From Callorhinchus milii (taxonomy: Eukaryota): a stretch of DNA of 64,000 bases. The notes beneath the pieces were generated by a model. The model saw only the letters and a program-made list of their open reading frames with translations. It was not told the origin of the DNA and made no database searches. Location: the NCBI RefSeq assembly GCF_018977255.1, contig NW_024704743.1, positions 21,330,001-21,394,000 on the forward strand, written 5' to 3'. The position numbers and the translations under genes are program-made. Of the stretch, positions 62,160-64,000 are shown one piece after another (position 1 is the stretch's first letter; each line of letters begins with the position of its first letter).

Positions 62160-62460
62160 CTGGAGGCATGGGTGGTGGTAAAACAGTAATGGGATGGAAT
62201 TCAACATGTGAAGAGGGATCCCCCCCAAAAAACTATGATAGCCCTGGGCCCTCATCAAGCTTAATCCAGCTCTGGGACATAGGATTTGCAGAAGATCAGA
62301 GCCATCTGAGTGAAAGTGATGAGTAATGGGTTGTGAGTAGATCAGAGGTAGGGAGTTGCCAAGCATAAAGTGATTTGAAAGTGAGAGTGAGGATCTTGAA
62401 ATCAATCCATTCTACAACACAGAGGCAGTGGAGCCTAGCAAGAACTGAGATGATGGGGTT
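62160..62460 (-). mobile_element. Degenerate L2 fragment
   Basis: PIISVLARLHCL...IDFKILTLTFKSL in ORF 62296..62526. Confidence 0.7.
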
Positions 62461-62766
62461 GCAGTCTGGTATGTATATAATTACTATAATGGTATAACCT
62501 CCACTATAGACTGGGCTTGATGCCAAAACATAGTGTTACTTATTAACTGGCTACAGTATTCTGAGCTGCAGCTCAGGTGTCCTTGCAGGCAGTGTGGAGG
62601 ATGTTAAATGTTTGTAGATTAAACATTGCTAGTATGAAGTTGAAACACTGACAGGATACAGCTGAACTCTAGCAGGGGTGTTAGAAATTTGCATTTAACT
62701 TCAAGTACCTCTGAATTGTTGCCAATCATCCTTAAAGTGATTGAAGTGATGCAGTGATGTCTATAA

Positions 62767-62959
62767 CAGTGGTGGCCAACCTTTCTGGTCAGCCAAATAC
62801 ATTTTATTGATTGAATATTTCTTGATTTGTGCTATCAATTAAGAAATATTCAGTCAAGAATAAACTGACAACATGGACTTGACTGATCGGGGGACTGGCT
62901 GTTTCTTGATGGCGCTGTGGGCCACTTCCAGCCCGCGGGCCACAGGTTGACCACCAGTC
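62767..62959. mobile_element. hAT-type MITE (~190 bp)
   Basis: TIRs cagtggtggccaacct and aggttgaccaccagtc; 8-bp TSD gtctataa / gtctacag; subterminal gcccgcgggcc. Confidence 0.8.
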
Positions 62960-64000
62960 GTCTACAGCAAGAGGTGAAAATGGACATACTGCACTCAAGC
63001 TACATGATTGTAATCTACACTACAGGCAAGGGAATACATTTGGTGAAAATGCACAAAAGAGGTGAACTAAAATGTGCAGGAATTTGGCTCACACTGTGCT
63101 GAATGGATTTCACCTTTTGCAATACAAAAAGAGTAAGAATGAGTTATTTCCCAATGATATTGGGGTCTATATTCTCAGGATCCCCCAACTAACTGATGTA
63201 ATCTCCCAAAATAAAAAAAGGAATAAAAGGGTTCCCCCAGTACATGCGAGCGAACGTATACACAGACACACACTATAGCAGATGAATTTTGTAAAATAAT
63301 TTCTACACACATTCAATATAGACTAAAGCAGTAAAGAAGACTTACTGGCAAAAAATTAGACCAAGATCCACAGAAACAGAATTTTATTTCCAGTGTTTCC
63401 AGGGGACATTTACAAACCATTTGCCTATATCTGTACACAGGCTAAATACAATGTGAAGTCTGAGAAAACAGTTCTCATGCACAATTACATTTCTCATCCG
63501 AGATGGTGAAAAATGTGAGAGGGACCAATTGTTCAGAGACCACTATCTACATGCCTATGTTACAATGCTTTCATCAAATCTCAAATTTGAAAAAAGTTTC
63601 CATGAAATATATACATACACATACACACGCACACATACACACGCACACATTTAAGTTAAGTATCTTTACAGAAACTTTAAAAATTCAAATCCATACAAAG
63701 ACTGTATTAAAACTCTGTCTTTAAAAAAATGTTCATAAGATCCAACTGGAATGCCGAAAGTATGGAAGCTCTGTATTTGTTCGGTTAATAAAATCTGGAA
63801 AAATGAAATGAATTTATGGTTTGTTTATAGATAAAACTCATTTTGTTCACAGTAGATTTCTAGTCTTTTGAACTAAAAAGACAATATGGCACTCTATCTA
63901 ACCCAAAACGTTTTGAGATGAGGCACTTTCTTTAGCAACTGAAGTTCAAACAATTAGGTTCCAATACACATTTTTGTTCACTATTACAAGCTGAAGGACA

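Noticed and set aside
1..64000. CRISPR arrays, retrons or other prokaryotic systems
   Set aside because: Spliceosomal gene structure and vertebrate transposons throughout; the recurring ~60-bp motifs are irregularly spaced retroposon tails on both strands; both RTs are non-LTR LINE type.

Overview
Vertebrate nuclear DNA. The repeat content (CR1 and L2 LINEs, tRNA-derived V-type and Deu-type SINEs, a Penelope-derived element) suggests a cartilaginous fish, possibly a chimaera; this is inference. The + strand carries the 3' part of KIAA1217 (sickle tail, SKT). I read 13 GT-AG coding exons (7256 to 57659) whose phases join into one open frame of about 1394 aa, followed by a ~1.5 kb 3' UTR with a likely poly(A) signal at 59148. 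The introns hold an antisense near-full-length CR1 with an open 660-aa RT frame, several 5'-truncated L2 copies, roughly fifty SINE/L2 3' tails (counted by eye), two hAT MITEs, a hAT transposase relic and unclassified repeats. The last ~650 bp may be the 3' UTR of a convergent gene (ARHGAP21 by synteny, inferred). I see no firmly demonstrable new system. The strongest leads are: (1) a 249-bp palindromic Penelope-derived mini-element with a 15-bp target-site duplication and degenerate hammerhead ribozyme motifs in both arms; (2) repeated same-orientation insertion of L2 into SINEs, twice at the same junction; (3) alternative-splicing and alternative C-terminus features of KIAA1217. Repeat boundaries are approximate; exon boundaries were read base by base.
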